A stretch of DNA of 64,000 nucleotides from Candidatus Latescibacterota bacterium (GCA_022827835.1 JAJEIO010000041.1:8328-72327), one strand, 5' to 3'; shown: positions 1-10,310, numbered from the stretch's first letter. Numbers and translations are program-made. The notes: generated by a model not told the origin, from the sequence alone.

Positions 1-916
1 GAAGGTGCTCCAAGCTCACTTCGGTATAGCTCTGAGTCGCGGCCAAGGTCACATGGCCGAGGAGTTCTTTGACGGCCACTAAATCGGCACCAGCGTCGAG
101 GAGATGGGCGGCAAAAGAGTGGCGCAGACGATGCGGGCTGAGCGAATCGTCTCCTGACACGGCGCGCAGATGGCGCTCGACGATGCGCTGCACGGTGCGG
201 CGACTCAAGCGCTTGCCGCGCCCGTTGAGGAAAAGGGCACCGGCTTCTACTTGGGACATATCGCATTCGAGCAGGACCTCGGCGCGGCGTCGCAGGTACG
301 CTTTGAGCGCCTCTTGCGCCTTTGCACCAATGGGGGCGATGCGCTCCTTGCGGCCCTTGCCCATTACCTTGATGGTGCCCTCGGCCAGATCCAGCGACGA
401 GAGATTGAGCGCCACCAACTCCCCAAGGCGAATGCCCCCTCCGTAGAACACCTCTAGAATGGCTCGATCCCGCATGCCGCTGAATCGCTCGGTCGAAGGC
501 TTTTCCATGGCCTCGGCGACTTGCTCTACGGGCAGGTGCCGCGGCGATGCGCGCTCGACTAAGGGCGATCCCACCGCACCAGCCGGGTTGGCAACCAGCG
601 CTCCCTCGCGACCGAGATAGCGGAAGAGCGAGCGCAGAGCCGCCAATTTGCGGGCGACCGTGCTGGCCTTGAGACCTTTTTCCTCTAGGTCGGCGACAAA
701 GGCCTGCACATGCTCGCGCTGCACTACCCGCAGCGGCAGTTGCAAATTATCGACTCGCGGGTAGAGAAAGCGGGCGAATTGCTGTAAGTCGCAGCGATAT
801 GAACTGAGGGTGTACTCGGCGCAGTTACGCTCTTTGTCCAGGTATTCCAAGAAGCGGATAATGCCCTCTTCGAGGCTGGATCCGGCGTGTAGAGCGCTCT
901 GCGGTGCATCGGCCAT
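1..916 (-). CDS. xerC: Tyrosine recombinase XerC/XerD family (3' end runs off the window)
   Basis: Not in the ORF track. Manual translation from the ATG at 916 gives MADAPQ...FLEYLDKERNCAEYTLSSYRCDL...STVARKLAALRSLFRYL...ILEVFYGGGIRLGEL...KGAKAQ...SPHRLRHSFAAHLLDAGADLVAVKELLGHVTLAATQSYT, with the catalytic R, HxxR, H and Y residues. Lies directly downstream of topA. Confidence 0.9.
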   Translation of the reverse strand, partial: MADAPQSALHAGSSLEEGIIRFLEYLDKERNCAEYTLSSYRCDLQQFARFLYPRVDNLQLPLRVVQREHVQAFVADLEEKGLKASTVARKLAALRSLFRYLGREGALVANPAGAVGSPLVERASPRHLPVEQVAEAMEKPSTERFSGMRDRAILEVFYGGGIRLGELVALNLSSLDLAEGTIKVMGKGRKERIAPIGAKAQEALKAYLRRRAEVLLECDMSQVEAGALFLNGRGKRLSRRTVQRIVERHLRAVSGDDSLSPHRLRHSFAAHLLDAGADLVAVKELLGHVTLAATQSYTEVSLEHL

Positions 917-947
917 GGCAGTAATGAGCCAAGGAGGAAAGGATTAC

Positions 948-3236
948 TCAGGCAGCTTGGGCGCTTTTGTCTTTTTCGCCCTCTTCGCTTTCGTACTCGG
1001 TGCCGCAGACCCGGCAGTACATAGTAGGGGCACCCGAGCGGCTACCCTTTTCGTAAAGCAAGGCGGCGTCGCAATGCGCGCACTTGCGGTCTATGGGGCG
1101 GTCCCAGCTAGCAAATTTGCACTGGGGATAGGTGCTGCAACCAAAGAAGACCTTGCCTTTGCGCGACCGCTTCTCCACAATCTGCCCTTCGCAACCGTCC
1201 TCTGGGCACTGGATTCCAAGGATATAGGGCTTGACGTTTTTGCAATCTGGATAGCTGCTACAAGCCAAGAAGCGGCCATAGCGACCCATCTTGACAAGCA
1301 TAGGCGCACTGCATTGATCGCAGATCTCGTCGGTCTCCTCTTCACTTTGCTCTTCGAGAGGTTTGGTGTTTTTGCACTTGGGATAACCAGAGCAAGCGAG
1401 GAAGCGACCGTTGCGGCCCCACTTGACTACCATGTCGGCCCCGCATTCCTCGCAGTCCTCGTCCGACACCTCTTGCAGCGCGCGCTTTAGCTCTTTGCGT
1501 TGGCTATTGGCAGTGTCTAAGTCGCCCTTCCACGAGTCGTAGAACTGCTGCACGATCTTCACCCAGTTAGTATCCCCATCTTCAATCTGATCGAGCTTGT
1601 CCTCCATGTTGGCCGTGAAAGCTACGTTGAAGAGGTGCGGAAAGGTATCGACGAGTAGTTTGTTGACGGTCTGACCGCGCTCAGTGGCCACGAAGTAGCG
1701 GTTATCGACCTTTTCGACATACTTGCGGTCGAGGATGGTAGTAATGATTTGCGCGTAGGTCGAGGGGCGGCCAATACCCTCGGATTCCAGTTGCTTGACG
1801 AGCGACGCCTCAGTAAAGCGCGGCGGTGGCTTAGTGAAGTGCTGCTCAGGAGCGATCTTCTCTAACTTTAGTATCTCGCCCTCGGCGATATCAGCGGGCA
1901 TAGCCCGCGATATGTCCTCTTCTCTCTTGGCCATGCCATTAGACACGACCTCCGACTTATCCTCTTCTTCCTTGCTTTCGCTGTAGAGTAGGGTAAAGCC
2001 CGGAAACTTGACAACGCTCCCTGCAGCGCGAAGCAAGTAGGGGCCGGCCTCGACATTGGCCGTCGTGATGTTGAGAACCTGCGGCTTCATCTGGGAGGTC
2101 ACGAATCGCTTCCAGATCAGGGAGTACACTCGCGCTTGATCTGGCGTAAGCAAGTGCTTGACTTTGTCTGGATGCAGGGCTACGGAGGTGGGGCGTATGG
2201 CCTCGTGGGCGTCTTGGGCGCTGTTTTTGGTCCGGTAGTGATTGGGCGTCTCGGGCACGTAATCGCGGCCGTAGAGGGCGTCAATCTGCTCGCGCACTTC
2301 GGCGATGGCATCGGCTGCAACGCGCACCGAATCCGTGCGCATATAGGTAATCAGGCCACGGGTTTCGCCCTCGACCTCAATGCCTTCGTATAGCTGCTGA
2401 GCCACAGCCATGGTGCGCTTGACCGAAAAGCGCATCCGCCGAGCACATTCCTGCTGCAAGGTGCTGGTCGTGAAGGGCGGGGCTGGACGGCGCACTTGGT
2501 CGCGTTCCTTGACTTCTTTGACCGCTATATCTTGCGCGGCCAGCTCGGCGGCGATGCGATCGGCCTCCTCCTGATTGCCAATGTCGACCTTATTGTCGTC
2601 TTTGGCCAAAAGGCGCGCCCAGAACAAACCCTGGTTCTCGCGGCCCAAAAGGGCCTCAATCGACCAGTACTCTTGAGGCTCAAATGCCTTGATCTCGCGA
2701 TCGCGCTCGCAGATTAACCGCACAGCTACGGACTGCACTCGGCCGGCTGAGAGCCCGGAGTGTATAACCTTCCACAAGAGCGGGCTGATCTCGTAGCCGA
2801 CTAAGCGGTCGAGTACGCGCCGCGCCTGTTGGGCATCGACCTTGTGGAGATCCAGCGCGCCCGAGTGTTCTAGCGACTCGTGTACCGCTTTGGGCGTAAT
2901 CTCGTTGAAGAGAATCCGCTTGACGTTGTCGTTCTTGTGGGAGATGGCTTGAGCCACGTGCCAAGCAATGGCTTCGCCTTCGCGGTCGGGGTCGGTAGCC
3001 AAGTAGGTGGTATCCGCGGCTTGGGCTGCTTTGCGGAGGCCGCTGAGGATCTTGCCCTTGCCCCGAATGGTCACGTAGCGCGGCTTGAAGCCGTCTTCAA
3101 CTTCGATACCTAGCTCTTTGGGCGGCAAATCCCGCACGTGCCCCATACAGGGTTTGACTACAAAATTTTTGCCTAAAATTTTATTGATTGTCTTGGCCTT
3201 GGCTGGCGACTCGACAACCACCAATGACTTGCCCAT
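948..3236 (-). CDS. topA: DNA topoisomerase I (type IA) with C-terminal Zn ribbons
   Basis: VVESPAKAKTI, ATDPDREGEAI, SAGRVQS, LITYMRTDS, GIGRPSTY motifs, plus repeated C-x2-C/GRFLACSxYPxC ribbons. Confidence 0.98.
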   Translation of the reverse strand: MGKSLVVVESPAKAKTINKILGKNFVVKPCMGHVRDLPPKELGIEVEDGFKPRYVTIRGKGKILSGLRKAAQAADTTYLATDPDREGEAIAWHVAQAISHKNDNVKRILFNEITPKAVHESLEHSGALDLHKVDAQQARRVLDRLVGYEISPLLWKVIHSGLSAGRVQSVAVRLICERDREIKAFEPQEYWSIEALLGRENQGLFWARLLAKDDNKVDIGNQEEADRIAAELAAQDIAVKEVKERDQVRRPAPPFTTSTLQQECARRMRFSVKRTMAVAQQLYEGIEVEGETRGLITYMRTDSVRVAADAIAEVREQIDALYGRDYVPETPNHYRTKNSAQDAHEAIRPTSVALHPDKVKHLLTPDQARVYSLIWKRFVTSQMKPQVLNITTANVEAGPYLLRAAGSVVKFPGFTLLYSESKEEEDKSEVVSNGMAKREEDISRAMPADIAEGEILKLEKIAPEQHFTKPPPRFTEASLVKQLESEGIGRPSTYAQIITTILDRKYVEKVDNRYFVATERGQTVNKLLVDTFPHLFNVAFTANMEDKLDQIEDGDTNWVKIVQQFYDSWKGDLDTANSQRKELKRALQEVSDEDCEECGADMVVKWGRNGRFLACSGYPKCKNTKPLEEQSEEETDEICDQCSAPMLVKMGRYGRFLACSSYPDCKNVKPYILGIQCPEDGCEGQIVEKRSRKGKVFFGCSTYPQCKFASWDRPIDRKCAHCDAALLYEKGSRSGAPTMYCRVCGTEYESEEGEKDKSAQAA

Positions 3237-3405
3237 CTGCTCCCTCAGTTGATATTACCGAAAGCTGTACGTTACGTAAGTTACGTAATTTGCTGAATAT
3301 ATGGACGCCCTAAGACAATTGCAAGACGCGCTCTTGACAAACCAGAGCCACCGTCTTTTTGTAACGCGTTCAGTATTGTGCGCTACATTCTCTGGGGTTT
3401 GCACC

Positions 3406-4161
3406 TTGATCCATCGCAAAAAATCAAGCGAAATAGAGCACATTGCTGCGAGCTGCGAGATCGTCTTCGCCGTCCAGCAGAAGCTCGAAGCGCTCATCGC
3501 GCCTGGCGTCAGCACCCTCGAGCTGGACCAAGTCGCCGAGACCGAAATCCGCGCCTTGGGAGCGGTACCCGCCTTCAAGGGATATCACGGCTTCCCCTAC
3601 TCGATTTGCGCTTCAGTAAACGCTGCAATCGTGCATGGGTTCCCCGACGAAACTCCACTGCAAAAGGGCGACATCGTCAGCATTGACGTGGGTGCCTGTC
3701 TCGACGGCTACTATGGCGACGGGGCCTTTACCGTCGCCGTCGGCGCAATCAGCGCGCAGGCACAGCACCTCATCAATGGCACCCTCGACTGCCTCGCACG
3801 GGGCATTGACCAAGCGCGGCCCGGTGGGCGGCTCTCCGACATTTCGCACGCTATCCAGCGCCACGCCGAAAGCCAAGGACTGGCCGTAGTGCGCGAGTAC
3901 GGGGGCCACGGCATTGGCCGCGAGTTGCACGAGTCACCCTACATCGAAAACTATGGTTCGCCCGGCAAAGGCCCACTGCTCAAGCCTGGACACGTATTCT
4001 GCATCGAGCCGATTCTCTGCCTAGGCAACCCTCAAATCGACCATTTCGACGACTGGACCACCCTCACCTCTGACCGCTCGCTCGCCGCTCACGCCGAACA
4101 TACCGTCGCCATTACTGAGGACGGGCCGCGGATTCTGACCCTGCCCGCTGTGCCAGCATGA
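3406..4161 (+). CDS. map: Methionine aminopeptidase type I
   Basis: FKGYHGFPYSICASVN, VHGFP, DIVSIDVG, GHGIGRELHE, EP and AHAEHT motifs. In-frame TTG at 3406 is a more likely start than 3301. Confidence 0.95.
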   Translation: MIHRKKSSEIEHIAASCEIVFAVQQKLEALIAPGVSTLELDQVAETEIRALGAVPAFKGYHGFPYSICASVNAAIVHGFPDETPLQKGDIVSIDVGACLDGYYGDGAFTVAVGAISAQAQHLINGTLDCLARGIDQARPGGRLSDISHAIQRHAESQGLAVVREYGGHGIGRELHESPYIENYGSPGKGPLLKPGHVFCIEPILCLGNPQIDHFDDWTTLTSDRSLAAHAEHTVAITEDGPRILTLPAVPA

Positions 4162-4913
4162 AGGTCACCTTCCTCGGCACTGGCACCTCCATCGGAGTAC
4201 CGCGCATCGGCTGCTACTGCCCAGTTTGCGCCTCGGACGACCCAAAAAACAAGCGCTTGCGCTGTGCCTTACACTTGGCACATCAAGGCCGGTCAATCCT
4301 CGTAGATGCCGGCCCAGATCTCAGAACTCAAGCCCTGCGCTATCAGATCAACCGCGTCGATTGCGTGCTGTTGACTCACGGCCACGCCGATCATCTGCAC
4401 GGCCTCGACGATGTGCGATCTTATTGCTTTGACCGCGATCAGCCGCTGCCCTGCTATGCGGATTCGCACACCATTGCACGCATCGAACGAGTCTTCGACT
4501 ACGCCTTTGACAAAGACGCTCCAAGCGCAACGCCGCAGCTAGCCCTGCGTCCGATTGCCGGACCGTTCACAGCTTGTGGACTCGCCATCGAGCCGCTCAC
4601 CATCTATCACGGCCGCTCTCCGGTCCTAGCCTTCCGCATCGGCAACTTCGCCTACGCCACGGACACTAATTACATCCCAGAGGCGGCCATGGCGCGACTG
4701 CATGGTCTAGAGGTCTTGGTCCTCGACGCACTACGCTACAAAGAACATCCCACCCATTTCAACGTCGAGCAGGCGTTGGCCATTGTCGCCGAACTCCAGC
4801 CTACTCGCACGTACTTCACGCATATAGCCCACGACCTCGACCACCATCAGACCAATGCCGAACTCCCCCCAAGCGTGGAACTAGCCTACGACGGATTGGT
4901 GTTGGAGTTGTAA
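4158..4913 (+). CDS. MBL-fold metallo-hydrolase, PhnP-like
   Basis: FLGTGTSIGVP, CxCxxC, LTHGHADHLHGLDD, THIAH and LAYDGL motifs. Overlaps the map stop (ATGA). Confidence 0.9.
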   Translation: MKVTFLGTGTSIGVPRIGCYCPVCASDDPKNKRLRCALHLAHQGRSILVDAGPDLRTQALRYQINRVDCVLLTHGHADHLHGLDDVRSYCFDRDQPLPCYADSHTIARIERVFDYAFDKDAPSATPQLALRPIAGPFTACGLAIEPLTIYHGRSPVLAFRIGNFAYATDTNYIPEAAMARLHGLEVLVLDALRYKEHPTHFNVEQALAIVAELQPTRTYFTHIAHDLDHHQTNAELPPSVELAYDGLVLEL

Positions 4914-4952
4914 GAAAAAACAAGGATGCCGCCGGTCTCCCGACGACATCCT
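4914..4952 (-). terminator. Intrinsic terminator of nrdJ
   Basis: Minus strand reads AGGATGTCGTCGG-GAGA-CCGGCGGCATCCT-TGTTTTTTC: 13-bp stem with G-U pairs, GAGA tetraloop and U tail, between convergent genes. Confidence 0.8.
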
Positions 4953-4982
4953 CGCCTCGATCAAAAGCACTCCGGTTTTAGT

Positions 4983-7343
4983 TCAACACTTGGACCATCC
5001 GCAGTGCTTGCACATCAGACAGCTACTCTCATACGATACCGTCGACCCGCACTCTGGACAGGTAGTCAGCGTCTTCGGCTCACTGCCCTCGACGAAACTG
5101 GGCGGCATGTCCTCAGGGGCGACAGTATCGGGCTGCTTGCCTGCCTTCCGCTGCAAATAGCGCTCCATCGCCTTGCCAATGGCATCCGGCGTAGACAGGA
5201 TCAACTCGCCGTTTTCCCATACTGGGTTTGGGCCTGAAATGCCCTTCAACTCGCTGATAACTTCCTGAGGATCAACCCCCGAGCTCAGCACCAGTGAAAT
5301 TAGCCGGCTGATGGCCTCAGACTGGGCGGCGGCGTTGCCGCCAGACTTGCCGATGGTACTGAAGACTTCGCATATCCCGTATTCGTCTTCGTTGATCGTT
5401 ACGTAGATCTTGCCCTCGCCGGTGTTGATCCGCTCGGTAATGCCCGCGGTGACGGCCGGGCGACGGCGACGGTGGAGGAAGCCATCTGACCCCATGTAGT
5501 TAGGGACCTCCGCAGCCGAAGCTTCCTTCTTGTCAGCTTGGCCCTCGGTCTGCAGAATGCCCTCGCGGCTGCCCTCGCGGTACACCGTCACGCCCTTGAG
5601 ACCTTCCTTGTACGCGGTGATGTAGATGTCGGCGACCGTCTCTAGCGTGATGTCTTCGGGCAGGTTGATCGTCGAAGAAATACTACTATCAGTATACTTC
5701 TGGATCACGCCCTGCATCTTGACGCGGAAGTAGGGGTCGATTTCATGGGCCGTCACCACGTAATCGGGCAGGTCTTCGTCGTCGCCGAAGACGCGCTGGA
5801 TGAGCGGGTGATAGACCTTGTACTCGCGAAAGCTCTCGCCGTCTTCCTGTTTTACCCGGCGGGTGTAGCTAGTGCAAAAAATCGGCTCAATCCCCGAACT
5901 CGTCTGCGCCACAATCGAACCCGTGCCCACCGGCGGCATTGTGATCAAGGTACAATTGCGCAGGCCGTGTTCGGCGATTTTCTCTTGCAGCGCTTGGGGC
6001 AGGCTCTGGATGAATTTGCTCTGCTTGATGCCCTCCCAGTCGAAAAGCGGGAAGGCGCCCTTCTCCTGCGCCAATTCGACGGACATTTCATAGGCGTTGT
6101 GGCAGATGGTGGCCATAACGCGGTCTATAATTTCCAAGGCCTCGTCCGAATCGTACTTACTCTGCATCAAGACCAGCGCATCGGCCATGCCGGTGATGCC
6201 CAAACCCACCCGACGGTCGGAGGCTACGGCTTCCCGAATTTTGGGCAAGGCATGATTGTCCATGTTGTACTCAATGACGTTGTCCAAAAATCGGGTCGCC
6301 ACGCGAGCGGCCTCCCCCAACGCCTCGTAGTCGAACTCGCCGTCGGCGCAGACGAAGTTCACCAAATTGAGATTGCCCAAGTTGCAGGCCGTGTACGAGG
6401 CCAGCGGCTGCTCGCCGCAGGGATTGGTGCTGGTGAGTGGATTGACGTATTCGACATTGTGATACTCGCGCATCGTGTCCCAAAAAATAATCCCCGGCTC
6501 GGCACTGGCGTGGGCATTAGCGATGATCTTGTCCCACAATTGGCGCGCCTTGACTGTGCGGAACACCTTGCCACCCCAGCGCAAGTCAAAGTCCGAGTCG
6601 GCCAACACAGCCTGCATGAACTCGTGGGTAATCAGCACGCTGATGTTGGCGTACTGCACTTTGGTGCGATTGGCGTCGTTTTTGATGGTGATGAAATCTT
6701 CGATATCGGGGTGATCGACCCGCAAGGTCAGCATCAGGGCACCGCGTCGGCCGGCTTGGGAGACGGCATTGGTGCTCTCGGAGAGTAGATTCATAAACGC
6801 GGTGCAACCCGGCGAGGCATCCACCGTAGCGTTGACTGGAGCCCCTTGCGGCCTGAGAATCGACAAATCCGTGCCGACGCCACCGCCCGTACGGTACACC
6901 ATCGCCGACTCGCTCAGGCAGCGATAGATGCCCTCTAGGCTGTCCTCTTCAATGGGAATGACATAGCAGTTGGACAGCGTCGGCTTGCGCCTAGCCTCGT
7001 CCCGGCCAGCGCCGTGCATGACGCGCCCGCCGGGGATGAATTTGAAGTCCATCAACAGCGAGAAGAAGCGGTCATACCAGAGTTGGGGATCCTCCTCCAC
7101 CGAGGCCATGGCCCGGGCGATGCGGTCCCAGATGTGGAGTGGGCCGGTCTCGCTGGGTGCCAAGTACTTGTTGCGTAAAACGTCGATGGCAAGGTCGTTG
7201 TCGCCGTAATAGGTCTCAGCATTGGCGGCGCGGGCTAGGAGAGCATCGTGGCCGTTGCGCTTGAGCCCGTGATTTTCGAGCTGGACTAATAGCTCTTCAA
7301 AGCGGTGTGCAACCACAGGATCTTTCTCAATTTTAGATGCCAT
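4983..7343 (-). CDS. nrdJ: Adenosylcobalamin-dependent (class II) ribonucleotide reductase with C-terminal TSCPD/Zn-ribbon domain
   Basis: LSNCYV, GGGVGTDLSILRP, RRGALM, TNPCGEQPL, CNLGNLNL, RRVGLGITG, KGVTVYREGSR, C-terminal CPECG...CKHCGWSKC. ATG at 7343 follows an AGGAGG RBS. No beta subunit gene nearby. Confidence 0.93.
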   Translation of the reverse strand: MASKIEKDPVVAHRFEELLVQLENHGLKRNGHDALLARAANAETYYGDNDLAIDVLRNKYLAPSETGPLHIWDRIARAMASVEEDPQLWYDRFFSLLMDFKFIPGGRVMHGAGRDEARRKPTLSNCYVIPIEEDSLEGIYRCLSESAMVYRTGGGVGTDLSILRPQGAPVNATVDASPGCTAFMNLLSESTNAVSQAGRRGALMLTLRVDHPDIEDFITIKNDANRTKVQYANISVLITHEFMQAVLADSDFDLRWGGKVFRTVKARQLWDKIIANAHASAEPGIIFWDTMREYHNVEYVNPLTSTNPCGEQPLASYTACNLGNLNLVNFVCADGEFDYEALGEAARVATRFLDNVIEYNMDNHALPKIREAVASDRRVGLGITGMADALVLMQSKYDSDEALEIIDRVMATICHNAYEMSVELAQEKGAFPLFDWEGIKQSKFIQSLPQALQEKIAEHGLRNCTLITMPPVGTGSIVAQTSSGIEPIFCTSYTRRVKQEDGESFREYKVYHPLIQRVFGDDEDLPDYVVTAHEIDPYFRVKMQGVIQKYTDSSISSTINLPEDITLETVADIYITAYKEGLKGVTVYREGSREGILQTEGQADKKEASAAEVPNYMGSDGFLHRRRRPAVTAGITERINTGEGKIYVTINEDEYGICEVFSTIGKSGGNAAAQSEAISRLISLVLSSGVDPQEVISELKGISGPNPVWENGELILSTPDAIGKAMERYLQRKAGKQPDTVAPEDMPPSFVEGSEPKTLTTCPECGSTVSYESSCLMCKHCGWSKC

Positions 7344-7509
7344 TACGGCCCTCCTTTTGAGGCAAAACAAGACCTTGTCCGCGCCGCGAGGAGGGAGATC
7401 GTCGCGGAGGTTTGCATTGACCAAGAATTGTTAGAATGTACTGAAAGTGGGGAGTGAACAAAAGTGCAGTCTTGCAACCACACTATCTTCAAAATCTTGC
7501 ACTTGTTCG

Positions 7510-7525
7510 ACACAAGATGTTGTGT
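7510..7525. promoter_or_regulatory. NrdR box
   Basis: ACACAAGATGTTGTGT matches the NrdR consensus acaCwAtATaTwGtgt and lies between nrdR and nrdJ. A weak second box may be at ~7478-7493. Confidence 0.8.
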
Positions 7526-7601
7526 TTGTCCAAAAAAAGCAACAATGGAGGGCTTGTCAAGCAAAAAACAAGGATGCGCTAAAAAAATACCGCATCGGCC
7601 T

Positions 7602-8054
7602 TTAGTTATTGGCCAATTGATCCAATTCGCGCATAAAATCGCTCTTGTCTTTGAACTGGCGATAGACCGAGGCAAAACGCACGTACGCCACATCGTTGAG
7701 CTGGCGCAGATGCTCTATGACTCGCTCGCCGAGCTGTTTGGAGGGAATTTCCTTCACGTTGAGACTGCCCACTTCGGCCTCGACCTGATCGACGAGCTGC
7801 TCGATCTCCTCGGCCGAAACGGTCGTCTTGTAACAGGCTACCTGTATCTTGTCGAGCAGTTTACTGCGATCAAAAGGCTCGCGGCGACCGTCGGCCTTAA
7901 TGACGGATAGGGGCACGTTCTCGATGTATTCATAGGTTGTAAAGCGCTTGTCGCAGCTTGTGCACTCGCGGCGACGACGAATCGCCATACCTTCGCGGCA
8001 CGACCGCGAATCCACCACCCGATCTTCTTCACCATTGCAATAGGGACACCGCAT
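7602..8054 (-). CDS. nrdR: Transcriptional repressor NrdR
   Basis: MRCPYC...VVDSR...IRRRRECTSCDKRFTTYE, ATP cone, VAYVRFASVYRQFKD. Confidence 0.98.
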   Translation of the reverse strand: MRCPYCNGEEDRVVDSRSCREGMAIRRRRECTSCDKRFTTYEYIENVPLSVIKADGRREPFDRSKLLDKIQVACYKTTVSAEEIEQLVDQVEAEVGSLNVKEIPSKQLGERVIEHLRQLNDVAYVRFASVYRQFKDKSDFMRELDQLANN

Positions 8055-8154
8055 AGACTAATCCTCCTAGCGTACGGTGGACGGCATTTGTGCGGGGAAG
8101 AAAGGGAAGGGAAGTGATACTAAATATAAGGAAAATAGAAGGATAGAGCAACCG

Positions 8155-8811
8155 TCAGTTGAGCCTGAAGGTGAAGGGCAGACTGACCCAGACCTTGACG
8201 GGCCTGTCGTTTTGCATCGCCGGCGTAAACTCCGACTGGAGAGCGGCAGCTCGGGCGACCTCGTGGAATACCTTGGGACCCGTGATCTTGCCGATCTGCT
8301 CGACTTTGCCGTCTTTGCCAACTAGCGCCGTGACAAACACCTTGCCCGTGATGTTGGCCTTCTGGGCAGTAGGCGGATACTTCGGCTCTACTCTCTTGGT
8401 GAGCACAGGCTTCTTCTCGACCCGCCACAACTCGACTATCTCTTCTTCCTCTTCCAACTCAACTTCCTCAACCACCACCTCCTCTAATGGCGGCGGCGGT
8501 GCCAGATCGTCGAGATCGAGATCGAGGTCGGTGTCCTCAATGGTCACGTCATCCGGGACATCCGGGTTGTCGGTGGGCACGGGCACGACCGGTCGGGCTG
8601 GCGGTGGGGGTCGGCGTTCCTGTTTAGTCTCGGGGATTTCTTCGAGTTGAATGATAATCGGCTGTTCGGGTTTAGCGTAGGCTTCGGGCTCAAAGTTAGG
8701 GAAGAGGACAAAGAGGGCCGCGTGCAAGAGGGTAGAAAAACCCGTGCAGGCCCACAACGTCTTCCGGTACGTCAATCGCAGGTTAGCTTCAGGCTGTTTG
8801 CCGCGAATCAT
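8155..8811 (-). CDS. tonB: Energy transducer TonB
   Basis: N-terminal TM with SxxLH, Pro/acidic linker, C-terminal PKYP...FTPAMQNDRPVKVWVSLPFTF domain. Confidence 0.9.
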   Translation of the reverse strand: MIRGKQPEANLRLTYRKTLWACTGFSTLLHAALFVLFPNFEPEAYAKPEQPIIIQLEEIPETKQERRPPPPARPVVPVPTDNPDVPDDVTIEDTDLDLDLDDLAPPPPLEEVVVEEVELEEEEEIVELWRVEKKPVLTKRVEPKYPPTAQKANITGKVFVTALVGKDGKVEQIGKITGPKVFHEVARAAALQSEFTPAMQNDRPVKVWVSLPFTFRLN

Positions 8812-9221
8812 TCGTCCAACTCCCGTTTGGTGGAGAAGTTGACCCGCAGAGCCTCGACCTTACGCAACTCCTCCATGACATCGGAAATTACCCCGAACTC
8901 AGAGTCCTTATCGCCTCGCAATGAGATGATCAACCGAGGGTTGGCCGTCAGGTGCCTATGCACCAGCTTGCCCACTTCGGAAAGCGGTATGTTCCGGTCT
9001 TCAATGTTGACGACTCCCTCGCTATTGACCCAAACCTGCAACACGTTGCGGCGGCTTTCTAGCTTCTCAATTTTTTCAGCCTGTGGCAACTCCACCGGCA
9101 CGCCCCTATAACGCACGAAAACCGTCGAGACCATGAAAAACACGAGGAGCAAAAAGGATATATCGGCCATGGAAGCCGTGGGAATGACGCTAACTACTTT
9201 GGCTTTGCGTGCGAATTTCAT
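8808..9221 (-). CDS. exbD: ExbD/TolR family protein
   Basis: IPTASMADISFLLLVFFMVST TM motif and LRGDK. Confidence 0.92.
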   Translation of the reverse strand: MKFARKAKVVSVIPTASMADISFLLLVFFMVSTVFVRYRGVPVELPQAEKIEKLESRRNVLQVWVNSEGVVNIEDRNIPLSEVGKLVHRHLTANPRLIISLRGDKDSEFGVISDVMEELRKVEALRVNFSTKRELDE

Positions 9222-9224
9222 CGG

Positions 9225-9638
9225 TTATTCTTCCGGGTTGGCAATCGAAATTTTGGTGGCCCCAGCCAGTTTGAGCTCGTCTAGCACATCGACGAAGGTC
9301 CGATAGGTAGCCCCGCGCTCGGTCTTGAGCGAGACGATCAGATTCTCGTTTTCCTGCAGACGCCCTTCAATTCGCGCCTTGAGTTCAGCAAACGGCACCG
9401 GCGTTAGCTGTTCATTCTCAAAAAAGGCGATCTGATCGCGGGCGTTGATCCACACGTTGAGAATATTCTTTTCTTGTACCTCCTTGGTCTCTCCCACCGG
9501 CGGCAAGTGCAACGAGAGGCCCTTGTCTTGGTTCATGGTGGTCGTGACGAGAAAGAACACGATCAACAAAAAGGCAATATCCGCCATCGAAGCCGTGGGG
9601 ATTTCCGGGGCAACCCGGCTCTGGCGCTTCCCGATCAC
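9225..9638 (-). CDS. exbD: ExbD/TolR family protein (second copy)
   Basis: IPTASMADIAFLLIVFFLVTT motif. Confidence 0.92.
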   Translation of the reverse strand: MIGKRQSRVAPEIPTASMADIAFLLIVFFLVTTTMNQDKGLSLHLPPVGETKEVQEKNILNVWINARDQIAFFENEQLTPVPFAELKARIEGRLQENENLIVSLKTERGATYRTFVDVLDELKLAGATKISIANPEE

Positions 9639-9640
9639 GT

Positions 9641-10258
9641 CTAGGCTCCTTGGTGCTCGCGCGCGCCTAACAAGTCGATAAAGTTGGCCGTCTGCTCGGT
9701 CATATCGGCAATGATCTTATCGATGCGATTGGCGCAGAAATTGTAGCAAAACTGGATCAAGATGCCTACGATCAAACCCGAGGCCGTAGTGATTAGGGCC
9801 TCGGAAATACCACCCGCGACCATGGAAGGCTCGACATCGCCGGCTTCCTTAATTGCCTGAAAGGCGTTGATCATACCGCTGACCGTGCCTAAGAAGCCTA
9901 TCATTGGTGCCAAGTTAGCCACTGTCGAGAGCCAGACCATACCGCGCTCGAGAAAGGCCATCTCCACCGCGCCAGAATTGTCAATGGCTTTCTCGACGTG
10001 GTCGATGCCGCGCTCCAAGCGCAAGAGTCCAGCGTGGATAACCGAGGCAACCGGACCGCGCGTGTTCGAACAAAGCTCGGCCGCGGCATCGGCCCCCCCG
10101 CTTTCGAGTGCCTCTTCGAGGTTCGCAAAGAAATTCGCCGCGTCAATCGACGACCGCGACAAATTGTACAGGCGCTCAATAGCTACGGCAACGCCGATGA
10201 TGAGCAGAATGAGTAGGGGCCACATGGCCCATCCGCCGTCTTGAAAAAGCTCTACCAT
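9641..10258 (-). CDS. exbB: MotA/TolQ/ExbB proton channel protein
   Basis: GGWAMWPL, APMIGFLGTVSGMI and GGISEALITTASGL motifs. Confidence 0.94.
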   Translation of the reverse strand: MVELFQDGGWAMWPLLILLIIGVAVAIERLYNLSRSSIDAANFFANLEEALESGGADAAAELCSNTRGPVASVIHAGLLRLERGIDHVEKAIDNSGAVEMAFLERGMVWLSTVANLAPMIGFLGTVSGMINAFQAIKEAGDVEPSMVAGGISEALITTASGLIVGILIQFCYNFCANRIDKIIADMTEQTANFIDLLGAREHQGA

Positions 10259-10310
10259 TTTTTCTCCTCGCTATTATTGTTAGTCCCGGTCCAACAGACC
10301 GGAGCAATGA

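Noticed and set aside
1-916. Tyrosine recombinase as a prophage or island integrase
   Set aside because: Its sequence and position after topA fit housekeeping XerC, and no phage genes or att sites were seen.
5745-6788. 347-aa plus-strand ORF, and similar long antisense ORFs such as 810-1490 and 17105-17980
   Set aside because: They lie antisense to well-supported genes (nrdJ, topA, pheT) and are typical shadow ORFs of GC-rich codon usage with no recognisable motifs.
7344-7600. Cobalamin riboswitch upstream of nrdJ
   Set aside because: No B12-box or conserved core is recognisable, and the NrdR box accounts for regulation.
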